Under the pieces are notes generated by a model. It was not told the origin of the DNA. It saw only the letters and a program-made list of their open reading frames with translations, and searched no databases. The position numbers were made by a program, and so were the translations under genes. From contig OZ250169.1 in assembly GCA_965237955.1 (NCBI GenBank), positions 832,001 to 896,000 of the forward strand: a stretch of 64,000 nt of DNA, given 5' to 3'. This DNA comes from Candidatus Marinacidobacterales bacterium (lineage in GTDB: Bacteria; Acidobacteriota; Vicinamibacteria; Marinacidobacterales; SMYC01). The stretch's first letter is position 1. The number at the start of each line of letters is the position of its first letter. Positions 35,340 to 46,315 of this stretch are shown piece after piece.

Positions 35340-35849
35340 TTACGCAGCCGTAGCGATATAATTATCGACTCGTTCAAAGGCTTGCCTGGGTTCTCTTTTA
35401 ACTGGCCTTATGGTTAAAGCGCTTTGCCAGAAATCGTCGGTATCGCGATTGAGTGGCACTGAAGGTGTTATCTCACCGCGCCGTACTGCTGCTCGGGCCG
35501 CAACCCAATCTCTCTCTTCTGGGACATTGACCTGCCTAACGAATCCGGTCACTCTGGCCTTGAAGTCTTCGAAATCGTCGGAAAGATATGACAGCTCCGA
35601 CAAAATCTGTGCCAGAGAATTCTTGAAAGCATAGTAGGATTCGTTCAATGTGTCTCCCTCATCGGCGATCCCACCCGGCTCAACTCCATTAAACGAATAC
35701 ACGACATGATCGTCCACTTCTTCCTTGATTGACATCGCCCTGCCTTTGATGTTGACCTCGGCTACGAAATCTGGACCGATCACGGTATCCTGAAACGTGT
35801 AAAACAGGGGTAATGTTTGGAGGGCATTCTCATCCATGGACAGTTCCAT
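35340..35849 (-). CDS. Acidic protein with HicB-like motif
   Basis: PGGIADEGDTLNESY..FK.SL..IL resembles the HicB PG...G.T..EA motif. RBS-like GAGAGGGA upstream. Confidence 0.55.
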   Translation of the reverse strand: MELSMDENALQTLPLFYTFQDTVIGPDFVAEVNIKGRAMSIKEEVDDHVVYSFNGVEPGGIADEGDTLNESYYAFKNSLAQILSELSYLSDDFEDFKARVTGFVRQVNVPEERDWVAARAAVRRGEITPSVPLNRDTDDFWQSALTIRPVKREPRQAFERVDNYIATAA

Positions 35850-35902
35850 TTCTTTTCCCTCTCTTTGGGGGAAGGGAGGATATTGCGCGCCAGGTGGACT
35901 TG

Positions 35903-36157
35903 TCAAGTATGGCTTTGGCTTGGGGCGCGGCTCCAGCGTGCTTTTGCCGCTTTCTTTGCGATGAAGGAGCGTTTGGTCGCAGAGAGCTTAGCGGCACGCG
36001 CTTTGCCTCCGGCGATAGCCCTCTCAACGACTTTCGGATCATCGGGAGCCTCCGGCGGCTCGTAAGTCTCTTCGCTTTCGCCTGCGGCGATCTTGCAGAT
36101 GTGAGCGGCGAGAGCGCCAGCTCCGACTGGACGCCATTGCCCCTGTGGTCCTCTCAT
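35903..36157 (-). CDS. Small basic protein with GGKARA.KLS...RS.IAKKAA.ARW motif (commonly IS1595-associated)
   Basis: 84-aa ORF. Motif recognised from recall of IS1595 passenger genes. Confidence 0.65.
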   Translation of the reverse strand: MRGPQGQWRPVGAGALAAHICKIAAGESEETYEPPEAPDDPKVVERAIAGGKARAAKLSATKRSFIAKKAAKARWSRAPSQSHT

Positions 36158-36200
36158 CCCGTTCTTCTTGTGAAATTATGGGAATTTTCTTTTTTCGTTC

Positions 36201-36227
36201 TTGACAAACTCTTAAACTTAAGAGTTT
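36201..36227 (+). promoter_or_regulatory. -35 box TTGACA overlapping a perfect 10-bp palindromic operator
   Basis: AAACTCTTAA-AC-TTAAGAGTTT. Confidence 0.55.
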
Positions 36228-36586
36228 CATTGTATGCCATTGTATACCATTCCATATCATTACAAGTCACATTGTGCACGTTTTCATTTCAAAGTGAGAC
36301 ACTGCCCGACCTTGCCGGCGCGATCCCCGACACCACAACATGTTGTAAAGTGCGAGGCCACAACATGTGGTGGTTTGAGGAGAAGCTGTCAAGCTACCTT
36401 TGTAAGTTCCATTTCAAAAGGGCCGAGTTTTGGCACAGGACGGGCTCGACCCAACGTCGCCGGTGCCGAGACTACTCGACTTGGTGCGTGAACCCTATGG
36501 AGGCCCTTACGAGGAGTGTGCCGTTAGCACCAGAGTAAACAGCGTTCGGAATGACGACCCGGACACTATTGCTCCCAGGTCGGAGA

Positions 36587-37385
36587 GGCGTTGTTGCACC
36601 GCTCTGGCTGAGAGCGAAATCCGCCTATGGTGGTGGCCGAGGTATGTTCGAGCATGAAGTATCCCAAGCGCTGCCAGTACAAGCACGCGAAGCAGAAGAA
36701 GTACCACGTTCGCAACTGGGCGGAATACAACGAAGGGCTGCGCCGCCGGGGCGATTTGACAGTCTGGTTTGACGAGGAGGCAATCGCGAACTGGAAGGCC
36801 GACAAGACCGGTAAGCCTGGCGGTCAACGGGTCTATTCAGACATGGCGATTGAAACGGGCCTGGTTGTCCGGATGGTGTACAAGCTCGCCTACCGACAAA
36901 CCGAAGGCTTCTTGCACTCGATCGCCTCGCTTCTCGGGCTCGGTATCGAGATCCCGGACTACTCGACGTTGTGTCGGCGCTCGAGGTTGCTCCGCAAGAA
37001 GCTGCGGATTCCGAAAGAGCACTCAACCCATCCACCTGATGATCGATAGCACGGGCTTGAGGATTCATGTTGGAACCGCCCGCAAACCGCCAAAGCTGCG
37101 CGCATGGCGCAAGTTGCACATCGCCGTTGATCGCGAGACCGGGAACATTGTTGCGTCCGAACTGACGGCGTCACGAGCTCGCGACGCAACCCGAGTCCTC
37201 GCTTTGCTAACACAGATTCAAGCACCTCTAGTGTCGGTGGCGGCGGACAGTGCATACGACAAGGAAGCGGTCTACGAAGCCATCGAAGCGCACAGTCCTG
37301 GACGAAGGACGCGCGTGGTGGTTCCGACGCAACGAAACGCGACGCTCAGTCAGAATTCGAACACCGCCATGCAGGAGCGCGATCG
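36587..37385 (+). pseudogene. IS903-group type A copy, frameshifted and 3'-truncated
   Basis: IR GGCGTTGTTGCAC. Small deletion near 37017. Cut by the mini-element at 37386. Confidence 0.88.
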
Positions 37386-37514
37386 CGTCCTGTCCAAAAA
37401 CACAAACGAACTCAAGACTGGCGCGCCGGGCCGTCGCCGAGTTTCATCTATCATTATGATGGAGAGCGCAACCATCAAGGGCTTGGCAACGTGTTTGTGT
37501 TTTTGGACACGACG
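37386..37514. mobile_element. 129-bp MITE with 22-bp rve-type IRs
   Basis: CGTCCTGTCCAAAAACACAAAC ... GTTTGTGTTTTTGGACACGACG. A solo end also occurs at 21148-21196. Confidence 0.8.
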
Positions 37515-37589
37515 GCGTTGGCTATGTTGTGCAGGAGTGTTTTATCATCTGCCGAGTACCACAACCGAAAAGAAACGGAGATTGGAACA

Positions 37590-38810
37590 GTGAGCTTGAA
37601 GAAAGGCGAGCTGGTTGATTTCGAGGCTCACCTTGTCGGTCGGTCACGGAATGCCGCAAAGCCGAGGGTCAAGCGCGGCCGGAAGAGCACATTGACCGCA
37701 GACCGCATGGAGAAGCTCCTTGGGTGCGTCAGGCGCGGATTGAGTAACAAGGATGCCTGTATGGTCGCAGGTATAAGTGAGACAACATTTTACAGGTGGA
37801 TAGAAAAAGGAAAACACGCGAAGCGCGGGCTATATCGGGAATTTTGGGATTCACTCCAGGCCGCTCATGCCCACTTCCAGAAATTCCACCTCAAAGCCAT
37901 TGCGCGGAGCTCGCTGGAAGAGACGCAGAGTACCCGAGAGGTGATCGAGTACGAAGGTGGCGAGGTCGTAACCCTGCCGGACGGGAAGAGGCAGATCCGC
38001 CCTGGGAAGGTGAAGTCGGTGAGGCTAGAGATTCACACGCACCCACCGACGCCGAAGGGTTCGATGTGGCTGCTCGCGCATCGGTTCCCTGACAAATGGG
38101 GCCGGCGGCGCACAAAACTTCCGGCAGCAGATGCAAATGCATATGCAAAGATTGTGCTTTATATCCCGGACGATGGCAGGAGTCGAGATTCGCAAGTAAG
38201 CTTGAAGGAAGGCGACGTGGTTGATTTCGAGGCTCACCCTGTCGGTCGGTCACGGAATACCGCAAAGCCGAGGGCCAAGCGCGGCCGAAAGAGCAAATTG
38301 ACCACAGACCGCATGGAGATGTTCCTTGAGTGCGTCAGGTACGGATCAACCAACAAGGATGCCTGTATGGTCGCACGTATAAGTGAGACAACACTTTACA
38401 GGTGGATTGAAAAAGGAAAACACGCGAAGCGCGGGCCACATCGGAAATTTTGTGATTCACTCGAGACCGCTCTTGCCCACTTCCAGTACGTCCACCTCCA
38501 AGCCATTGAGCGGTGCTCGTTGGAAGAGACGCAGAGTACCCGAGAGGTGATCGAGTACGAAGGTGGCGAGGTCGTAACCCTGCCGGACGGGAAGAGGCAG
38601 CTCCGCCCTGGAAAGGTGAAGTCGGTGAGGCGAGAGATTCGCACGCACCCACCGACACTGCAGGGTTTGATGTGGCTGCTCGAGCGTCGGTTCCCTGACA
38701 AATGGGGCCCGCCGCGCAAAGAGCTTCCGGCAGCAGGTGCAAAGGGGAAGGCTGTGACTTATTATCTCCCGGACAATGGTAGGAGTCGAGATTCGAAGCT
38801 GAAGATCTAG
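37590..38810 (+). CDS. Internally duplicated HTH protein, phage small-terminase-like
   Basis: Two ~202-aa units (606-bp offset), each with GRKS.LT, AC..A.ISETT.YRW..KG and WLL..RFPDKWG. GTG start with GGAG RBS. Confidence 0.65.
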   Translation: MSLKKGELVDFEAHLVGRSRNAAKPRVKRGRKSTLTADRMEKLLGCVRRGLSNKDACMVAGISETTFYRWIEKGKHAKRGLYREFWDSLQAAHAHFQKFHLKAIARSSLEETQSTREVIEYEGGEVVTLPDGKRQIRPGKVKSVRLEIHTHPPTPKGSMWLLAHRFPDKWGRRRTKLPAADANAYAKIVLYIPDDGRSRDSQVSLKEGDVVDFEAHPVGRSRNTAKPRAKRGRKSKLTTDRMEMFLECVRYGSTNKDACMVARISETTLYRWIEKGKHAKRGPHRKFCDSLETALAHFQYVHLQAIERCSLEETQSTREVIEYEGGEVVTLPDGKRQLRPGKVKSVRREIRTHPPTLQGLMWLLERRFPDKWGPPRKELPAAGAKGKAVTYYLPDNGRSRDSKLKI

Positions 38811-39040
38811 GCGTAGAGCGTCTTCTCATTGGCTGGGCAATTGGCTTGGAAAAACAGCCCGATCAACCCCGTCCTGTGCCAAAACTCGGCCCTCTTGAAA
38901 TAGACCACAAATCAGCAGCTTAGACGCCCTTGGAATCCGCCGACCCTTGGGCTGCGGGGCGAGCTGCGGGCAGTGAACTGCGCACCCGGAAGTCCCTCAT
39001 TAGGCTGGACTTTATCGAGCACAAGAGCGAACGTTCGGTG

Positions 39041-39472
39041 ATGCCGCAGGATACAGGGGTTGGCCGGAACGTCGTTTTGGACGGTTTGGACTTCGCCAGC
39101 TTACGGCGGGTCTGGGAGCAGACCTTTGGGGCTGCTCCTCCAAGCTCGCTCTCGCGTGTTTTCCTGCGCCGCGTTCTCTTGCACGAACGCCAGTGCCGGA
39201 CCCATGGCGGGCTTTCGGCCGCAACCCGGCGCGCTCTGGCCGCCATGGCGAACGAGACACCAAGCTCCGGCGCTCCCGCAGGGTCCGTTTCTGCCGGCAC
39301 CCATCTCGTCCGCGAGTGGAATGGCCGGACCTACCAGGTCGAGGTAATCGACAACGGCTATCGGTTCGATGGCAAAACCTATCCGTCCCTCACTACCATC
39401 GCAAAGCGAATCACCGGCACCCACTGGTCAGGACCACGCTTTTTCGGTCTGACGCCCAAGCGCAAGGCCTAA
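39041..39472 (+). CDS. DUF2924 domain protein
   Basis: L...W...FG..PP, GT.LVREWNG..Y.V, Y.SL..IA..ITGTHWSGPRFFGL. Confidence 0.88.
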   Translation: MPQDTGVGRNVVLDGLDFASLRRVWEQTFGAAPPSSLSRVFLRRVLLHERQCRTHGGLSAATRRALAAMANETPSSGAPAGSVSAGTHLVREWNGRTYQVEVIDNGYRFDGKTYPSLTTIAKRITGTHWSGPRFFGLTPKRKA

Positions 39473-39473
39473 C

Positions 39474-41136
39474 ATGAAGAAGATCCGCTGTGCCATCTAT
39501 ACGCGAAAGAGTGCGGAAGAGGGTCTCGAACAGGAGTTCAACTCCCTCGATGCGCAGCGAGAAGCCTGCGCCGCGTATGTCGCGAGCCAGAAAGCGGAGG
39601 GCTGGGTGCTGCTGCCAACCGTCTACGAGGACGCGGGGCTCTCGGGAGGAACCCTGGAGCGCCCGGGCCTGCAGCGCTTGCTCGCCGACATCGACGCAGG
39701 TCTCGTCGACCAGATCGTGGTCTACAAGGTCGACCGGCTGACCCGTTCCCTCTCCGACTTTGCAAAGCTCGTCGAGCGGCTCGAGGCGGCCGGCGCGGTT
39801 TTCGTCTCGGTGACTCAGTCCTTCAACACCGCGACCAGCATGGGACGACTGACGCTGCATATGCTGCTGTCCTTCGCACAAATTCGAACGCGAGGTCACG
39901 GCCGAGCGGATCCGCGATAAGGTCGCTGCCTCCAAGCGCAAGGGACTATGGATGGGCGGCCGCGTACCGCTAGGCTATGAGAAGGACGGGCGCACGCTGC
40001 GCATCAACGAGGCTGAGGCCGAAACGGTCCGGACGCTCTATGCGCTGTACCGAAAGCACGAAACGCTCCGGCAGGTGAAGGCCGAGGCGGACCGTCTGAG
40101 ACTGCGTACCAAGCAACGCTTCGCCGCGGATGGAACCCGAACGGGCGGGCTGCCGTTCCGTCGCGGACACCTCCACTGCCTGCTGACCAATCCTCTCTAC
40201 GCCGGCCGCATCCGGCACCAGAGGCGTGTCTACGAGGGCCAGCATCCATCGATCATTGCTCCGGAGCTCTGGGACACGGTCCAAACGCAGCTGCAGGCAG
40301 GGGCTGCCAAACCAAGGAGACGCACGACGAAGGGCCGTGCAGCCCCCTCCCCACTGGCAGGCAAGCTCTTCGACGAGACCGGGGACCGGCTGACGCCGAG
40401 CCACACCAAAAAGAAAAACGGGCAACGGCTCCGCTACTACGTCTCCCGGCGCCTCATCCAGCACAGTGGCCAAAAGGACCTCTCCGGCTGGCGACTGCCC
40501 GCCCCGATGCTGGAACAGACCGTCGTGCATCTCATCCGACAGCATGTGGATGCCACGACCTTCTCGGCCTCGTTGATCCACACTCCGACGATGCAAGAGC
40601 TCGCCTCGGTGCGTCGCTTTTTAGACGGGCTGTGTTCCGGTAGCAATGATGATAGTGCCTCGGCAGCCCCCCTGCTCCGTCTTATCCGGCAGGTCGATAT
40701 CAGCCCCGGCTCTGTGTCCATCCTGCTCGACCGCAATGCGTTCGCTGATTGCCTGTCTATGGGACCTGACCGCATTCGCGAGGATGCACTCCGCATCCTC
40801 GCACCGTTCCGCTTGCGTCGACGCGGCGTCGAGACCAAGCTCGTTCTGGGCAACCCCACGAAATCCGTCGACCGCACACTCCTGCGCAATATCAGAAACG
40901 CCCTCTCCTGGCTCGACCGAATCAAAGCAGGCAAAACCTATGAGCAGATTGCCACCGAAAACGCCATCCCAACGGACCGCGTGCGCAAGGCAATCCGTTA
41001 TGCCTTCCTGGCTCCCGACATCGTCCGCGCCATTGTCGAAGGCCGCCAGCCCGTTGGGCTGACCTCGAGCTACCTCTTGCATCATCCGCTTCCCGACGAT
41101 TGGGAGAAACAGCGAGTGCTCGTCAAAACGCTGTGA
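39474..41136 (+). pseudogene. Large serine recombinase split by a +1 frameshift
   Basis: RCAIYTRKS, YKVDRLTRS, SFAQ|FEREVTAERIRDK with an extra A near 39882. Recombinase domain and FLAPDI...IVEGRQP tail. Confidence 0.88.
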
Positions 41137-42296
41137 GCCTGCCAGCGCCCACTTCGTGAATGGGCTCGGTTAGCAGCAAGCTGCTCTCCGACACTGGCCT
41201 CCACCAATCAGACTCAAACTGGCCCAAATTCCCTGTCATGGTTTCCAGACTCGGATAGCTCCTTGTACTGGACCGTCTGCGGAGTCATCTTCGTTTCCTC
41301 CGTAAAACTCCGCTGGATGAATTCGAGGTTTGGCTAATTCGAATTCCGCTATTCGCCTTCTCCTCAGGCGCGATCTAGGCGTTAAGCGTCTTCTCATTGT
41401 CTGCACGATTAAGCGCAAAAACGTCCCGATAAGGCCCCAAAATCGCCCCAAACTGCACGTTAATGGCCTGTTGTGCTCTGTTTCTGATCGTTTCCAGCCA
41501 CGAACCGGAAGCTCCACTCAAGCCTCCCGACTGCGATAGCCGGAAAGATGTTCCCGTCGACGAACATTCGCTGATGAGACGTAAAGCCTTTTGCGACAAT
41601 GAGTAACGGTCGGAGCCGCCTCCGGAGGGTTTACGACACGGCCCTCTTTCAAGCGTCCAGGAGGTTGAGATTGCCGTACAAGAAATTTGATTGAAGCAAA
41701 TTCGATTCCGGCTCGGAACGAGCACCCGTCGATGAGATGTGCGGGGACCAGCACGTGGTGGCTTCCGTTAAGTCACTGTAAAAAAACAGGATAGAACGCT
41801 GTGGGCATCAGGGCTTCTCTGAGTTTTCGCTACATTGCCCCAACCACGCGCACGGCCAAAAGTTCGATCCTGACTCCCAAAATTGCCAAAATACCTTTTG
41901 CCGAGACCGGATGGCTCGAGACTGCACCATCCGCCATCCAGTCTGCCCAATTGTGGCACTGCAGAGACGGGTGAGATTTTCCGCGCGCTTGGCGGGGTTT
42001 TGCAGGATCAGGTGGCACTAGAGATGCGCTAGAAAGGCTGAACGGGCCTCATTTTCGGTTTTCGTCTCTAATCGCGATTTTCGAGTGCCACGTTTGCGCC
42101 AAAGGGGGGGAGCGGGCCGCTGACAGGGCCGTGCGGCGGCGGAAAAGAGGCCACCCGAGAGGCCCAGAATCGAGGCCCGGGCTACCGCGGCGTATCGGGC
42201 TAGCACGTTCTGGTCCAGGTGCGGCCCAGGCCTGGATCCAGACTAAGCTGCTGATTTATGGCCTATTTCAAAAGGGCCGAGTTTTGGCACAGGACG

Positions 42297-43274
42297 GGGA
42301 ACAGGTGGTGGTACTCACGCGGATGGTCTTTGGAGGTGATGGACGCAACCGTAGCTCGGGCACCGTCGGCCAGGTCCTCTGCCCCGGCCTTCAGCATCAA
42401 GGCGAGCAGGCCACGACCCAATATGGACTTGCGTTTTGGCCAATCGGCCTGCAGCACCATCTCCAATGTCGGGGACGGATAGGACTCCTCGTTAAGGATG
42501 GGTACCGCATCCTCGCCAGTGTCCTCAGTCAATATGCGCCGCAGACCGCGATAGTCCTGCAAGGGATTGGTCGTCGACGACTGTTCGTAGCGGCTCGTAA
42601 GAAATGCTCGCCAGAGAAAAATTCTCAGCAAGTGCCGCGCGTTGCCCAACTGGTCTGGATGCGTGGGAAGGTACTCCCAGATGGCCGCTATGATTGGGAT
42701 CGCCGTATAACTCGGCAGGCGCTGATCATCAAAGATGCTCTCATCCTCAAGGAAGGTCACCATTCCTTGAATGCCCTTTACCACCGAATCCCACTCAGTG
42801 AGCATCCTGGTGTAATCGATCCCTCGATAGCCTGCCTGACTTGGCACGCGATCCTGTCGCAGCGCAACCACATCGAGGACAAGGCTTGGAAGATCCGCGT
42901 AGTCGGTCGCTCTCGGCACCGCCGCCGCCAAAGCATCCACGTGCTCGTGAAGCGACTTGCCGGTCTCGTCCTCTACCAGCGCAACGACGATGTCGTATGT
43001 AGAGAGCTTCACTGAGCTCGTGTTCATCTTGATGAACACATCCAGCGCTACTTCCTTCGGCGTCTTCGCCGGCAAGGCGAGGTAAGGAAGGTTGAATTCG
43101 CGAACGTTGGTCCGGAGAACACTGATCAAACCGGAAATCGTCTTGTATGCGGCGAACCTGTCCGGTGTGTCATCCGGAATAGCCTTCTCGATCCATTGGT
43201 CGATCTCGTCCCGGATGTCCTCCGGCCGCAGCAAAGAGATGGGTATGAAGCCTCTCTGCCAGGACTCGGCAGGG
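42297..43274 (-). pseudogene. DUF262/DUF1524 (GmrSD-like) restriction protein, internal fragment
   Basis: VF.KMNT..VKLS.YD and EYHHLFP. Cut at both ends by IS termini. Confidence 0.75.
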
Positions 43275-44140
43275 TGTCCTTCATCATTATTGATCCAGCG
43301 GGAATGGTACCGCTGGTGGTCCTACGACGAACGAAGAAACCCGGGTCGGCGCGCGCGGGCACTTGCCGAGATCACGCGATCAATGGGCCGCGGAGCTGGA
43401 CAACGCAATCGCGAGGGACCCCAGCAATCGACGCGCAGCGACTAAACTGGCTCAGGCGGCGTCGCGCCATTCGTAGCGGTGGTGGAGCCCACCCACTCGC
43501 GGCAACGCGACGACTTTTGCGATCGGTGATGGTCGGGGCGTGACGGGTCTTGAGTTCGGGGTGTCTTTGTCGAGACCCAAGTGGCAACGGTCCTCGTGGT
43601 AGTAGCTGATGTACAAGCGCATGAGGCGGACGAGATGCCGCTCACTGAGGACAACTACACGCTCTAACATCTCGCGGCGGCAGTTTCCGATCCAGCGTTC
43701 GGCGGTACCGTTTTGCCAAGGGCTGCGATAAGAAATGCGAACAGGCTTTGTGCCCATGGCCCTGATGAACTCCACCACTGCAGGGCTGAAAATCGCGTCG
43801 CGGTCAAAGACCAAGTATCGTGGTGCCGTGTCGTATGGGAACGCCTCGCGCAGTTGTTGAATCACCCACGCTGACGTGGGGTTGTACGTCGCGTTGAAGT
43901 GCAAGATATGGCGACGGCCGTGCTCGATGACGAAGAAGCCGTACAGCAGCCGTAGCGACGCCGTCGGTACGGCGAACAGATCCATCGCGGCGATGTCGTC
44001 CTTGTGGTTCCGCAAGAACGCAATCCATCGCTTCACTTCGTCGGGTTCGGCTCGGCGGCGCGGCATGTATCGCGACACCGTCATCTCGCTGACAACGAAT
44101 CCGAGCTTCGTCAGCTCAGCGTGGATACGAGGTGCACCCC
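43275..44140 (-). mobile_element. 5'-truncated copy of the 7549-8894 rve IS
   Basis: Near-identical to 7549-8414. Confidence 0.9.
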
Positions 44141-44617
44141 CGTCCTGTGCCAAAACTCGGCCCTTTTGAAATAGGCCATAAATCAGCAACTTAGTGTCTG
44201 TGTTTGCGACCGGGCCAAGGGCCGTGGGCTTTACAATCGTCTTGGGCGGGCGGGTCGTCACCATGCAGATGACCACCTAGTCGAGAGCGAATATCGAAGC
44301 GTGTGCCTGAAGCTGTTTTCACGCTACGCCGAGCGGGCCCACCAAGGGGCTACCGTCGCCGGCGACAATCTACGCGGCACGGCAGTAGTAGTTGAGAATG
44401 CCCCCAAGTCGCTCTCGCGACACGATGGGGCCAGCGTCATTCGCGCTTGCCGGCAGAGGTGTGAGGAGCTCGTTGCCGAGACCTTGGTGGTTCCGTTCTG
44501 TGTGATAGTGCACTACGTATTCGGTTACCGCTGTGCGCAGGTGTCGCTCACTGAGAGGTACGAAGCGGTCGAGACACTCTCGACGTATGGAGAGAACGAA
44601 TCTTTCCGCATATGCGT
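44141..44617 (-). mobile_element. Right end and 3' transposase part of the long-IR rve IS
   Basis: Reverse complement of 62673-63148. Followed by a solo IS903 left end at ~44618. Confidence 0.88.
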
Positions 44618-45053
44618 GGCGTTGTTGCACCGCTCTGGCTGAGAGCAAAATCCGCCTATGGTGGTGGCGCGCCGCGCTTGCTCCTGAGCCAGCTTGAGGA
44701 GTCCTCCGAGAGTAGGAGGAGGGGGAGCGATCATTTCAACGGCCCTCCCGCGATGTGCCAGCGACCACACGGACGGGTTCTTTCTGAGCGTTTCCCGCAC
44801 AGCCCCCCATCCGGCTTCCCCATATCGGTTGACCAATATGATCTGCACCCCGTCCTGTGCCAAAACTCGGATCTTTCGAAATAGACCATAAATCAGCAGC
44901 TTAGCAAGTTCGGTGCGCGCGGATGAATAAATAGAAGGCACACCCAAAATCGGGTGCTTCCGCCATCAAGTGATGGAATGGACTCCTCCGCTGACATAGA
45001 CGGCATCGATGTGCCAAAGTCAGTCGAATACGCATCGAAAAGGAGGAGTCCGA

Positions 45054-46085
45054 ATGAAAGATACGACGATCGCTGTGGATCTTGCAAAGAACGTCTTCGA
45101 GATTGCCATCTCGGGAGAAGCGGGGAAGGTGTCCAAGCAACTCCGTGTGAGTCGACCCAAGTTGGTGTCGTTTTTTGCCAAACAGAGCGCTGCCACCGTG
45201 CTTCTCGAAGCCTGCGGCTCTGCTCACTTCTGGGCAAGGACGTTCCGAAGGTTGGGACACGACGTCGTCCTGCTCCCACCTCACCTCGTGAGGCCCTATC
45301 GACGCGGGAGCAAGAACGACCGCGCCGACGCCAAAGCGTTGCTCGAGGCCTACAGGAACGAGGAGATTCTTCCCGTGCCCATTAAGTCCGTGCACCAGCA
45401 CAGCCTCGCCGCGCTCCATCGCCTGCGCTCAGGATGGCTCTCCACACGGACCGCACGCATCAATGCCGTACGCGGGATCCTGCGCGAACTCGGATTCATC
45501 ATCCCAAAGGGCGCTCACTTCGTCGTGCCCGCCCTCTTCGAACTCGTCGAAGACGCTGATTCTGATTTGCCCGACGTGCTCCGTTCGCATCTCCGTGATG
45601 CCTGCTCCGAGATTCGAGAACTCAAGGACAAGTGCGCTGGCATCGAGCACGAGCTCAAGGCGCTCACCAAGCAGCTTCCTGAAGTCCAACGACTTCTCGC
45701 CATTCCCGGCATCGGACTTCTGACCGCGACCGCCATCGTGGGCTTCGTCGGCGATCTTCGCCGCTTCCCATCGGGGCGCCGCTTCTCGAGCTACCTCGGC
45801 CTAGTTCCCAAGGAAAACTCCAGTGGCGACATTCGCCGCCTCGGACGCATCACCAAGCGTGGCGACTCCTACCTCCGTATGCTCCTCACCCAGGGCGGGC
45901 GCGCCGTGCTCCGCGCGGCGAACGTCAGTAAGAGCCCGCCCGACAAGCTCCGCGCCTGGGCTCGGAAGGTCCACCGCTCGCGGGGACACAACAAGGCCGT
46001 GATTGCTGTCGCCAACAAACTCGCCCGGATCGTCTGGGCCGTCTCCACCCGCGAGAGTGAATTCCAGTCGCCGATGGCCGCTTAG
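45054..46085 (+). CDS. IS110-family DEDD recombinase/transposase
   Basis: IAVDLAKNVF, LEACG, KNDRADA, IPGIG..TA, YLGLVP...SSG, G.ITKRGD.YLR, VAVANKLARI. Confidence 0.95.
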   Translation: MKDTTIAVDLAKNVFEIAISGEAGKVSKQLRVSRPKLVSFFAKQSAATVLLEACGSAHFWARTFRRLGHDVVLLPPHLVRPYRRGSKNDRADAKALLEAYRNEEILPVPIKSVHQHSLAALHRLRSGWLSTRTARINAVRGILRELGFIIPKGAHFVVPALFELVEDADSDLPDVLRSHLRDACSEIRELKDKCAGIEHELKALTKQLPEVQRLLAIPGIGLLTATAIVGFVGDLRRFPSGRRFSSYLGLVPKENSSGDIRRLGRITKRGDSYLRMLLTQGGRAVLRAANVSKSPPDKLRAWARKVHRSRGHNKAVIAVANKLARIVWAVSTRESEFQSPMAA

Positions 46086-46149
46086 ACTTAGAGGCTCCAC
46101 TTTCGTGTTTTCCTTTTTCCCTTCCAAAAGAGGCTGCGACGATACCCAT

Positions 46150-46315
46150 CCAACTGATGGCGTACCGGTCGGACCGGCGCGGGGTCAAGCCGATAGCAAC
46201 ACTGGCCCTAAGAGGTCGTTCAAAGTGATTGGCTCCTCGCGCGCGGATTTTCCATCATGGCCCGGAGCACCCAAGACGCTCCTCACTGAGGCCGAAGATA
46301 CGTTTGCAGTCTGAC
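46150..46315 (+). ncRNA. Putative bridge RNA / seekRNA of the IS1111 element
   Basis: Contains four short segments matching the target flanks and IS ends (see findings). Confidence 0.75.

Larger units (their letters stand above)
34904..36410. mobile_element. Transposase-less cargo element (IS1595-like derivative, inferred) with perfect 24-bp IRs and 8-bp TSD
   Basis: GGAACTTACAAAGGTAGCTTGACA at both ends. ATTTCAAA duplicated at 34896-34903 and 36411-36418. Confidence 0.9.
34673..36442. mobile_element. Non-autonomous rve-end MITE (related to 50737-51157) interrupted by the 34904-36410 element
   Basis: TGTGCTCCGCAAAAAGTC start and GAGTTTTGGCACAGGACG end. Interior matches 50970-51157. Confidence 0.7.
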
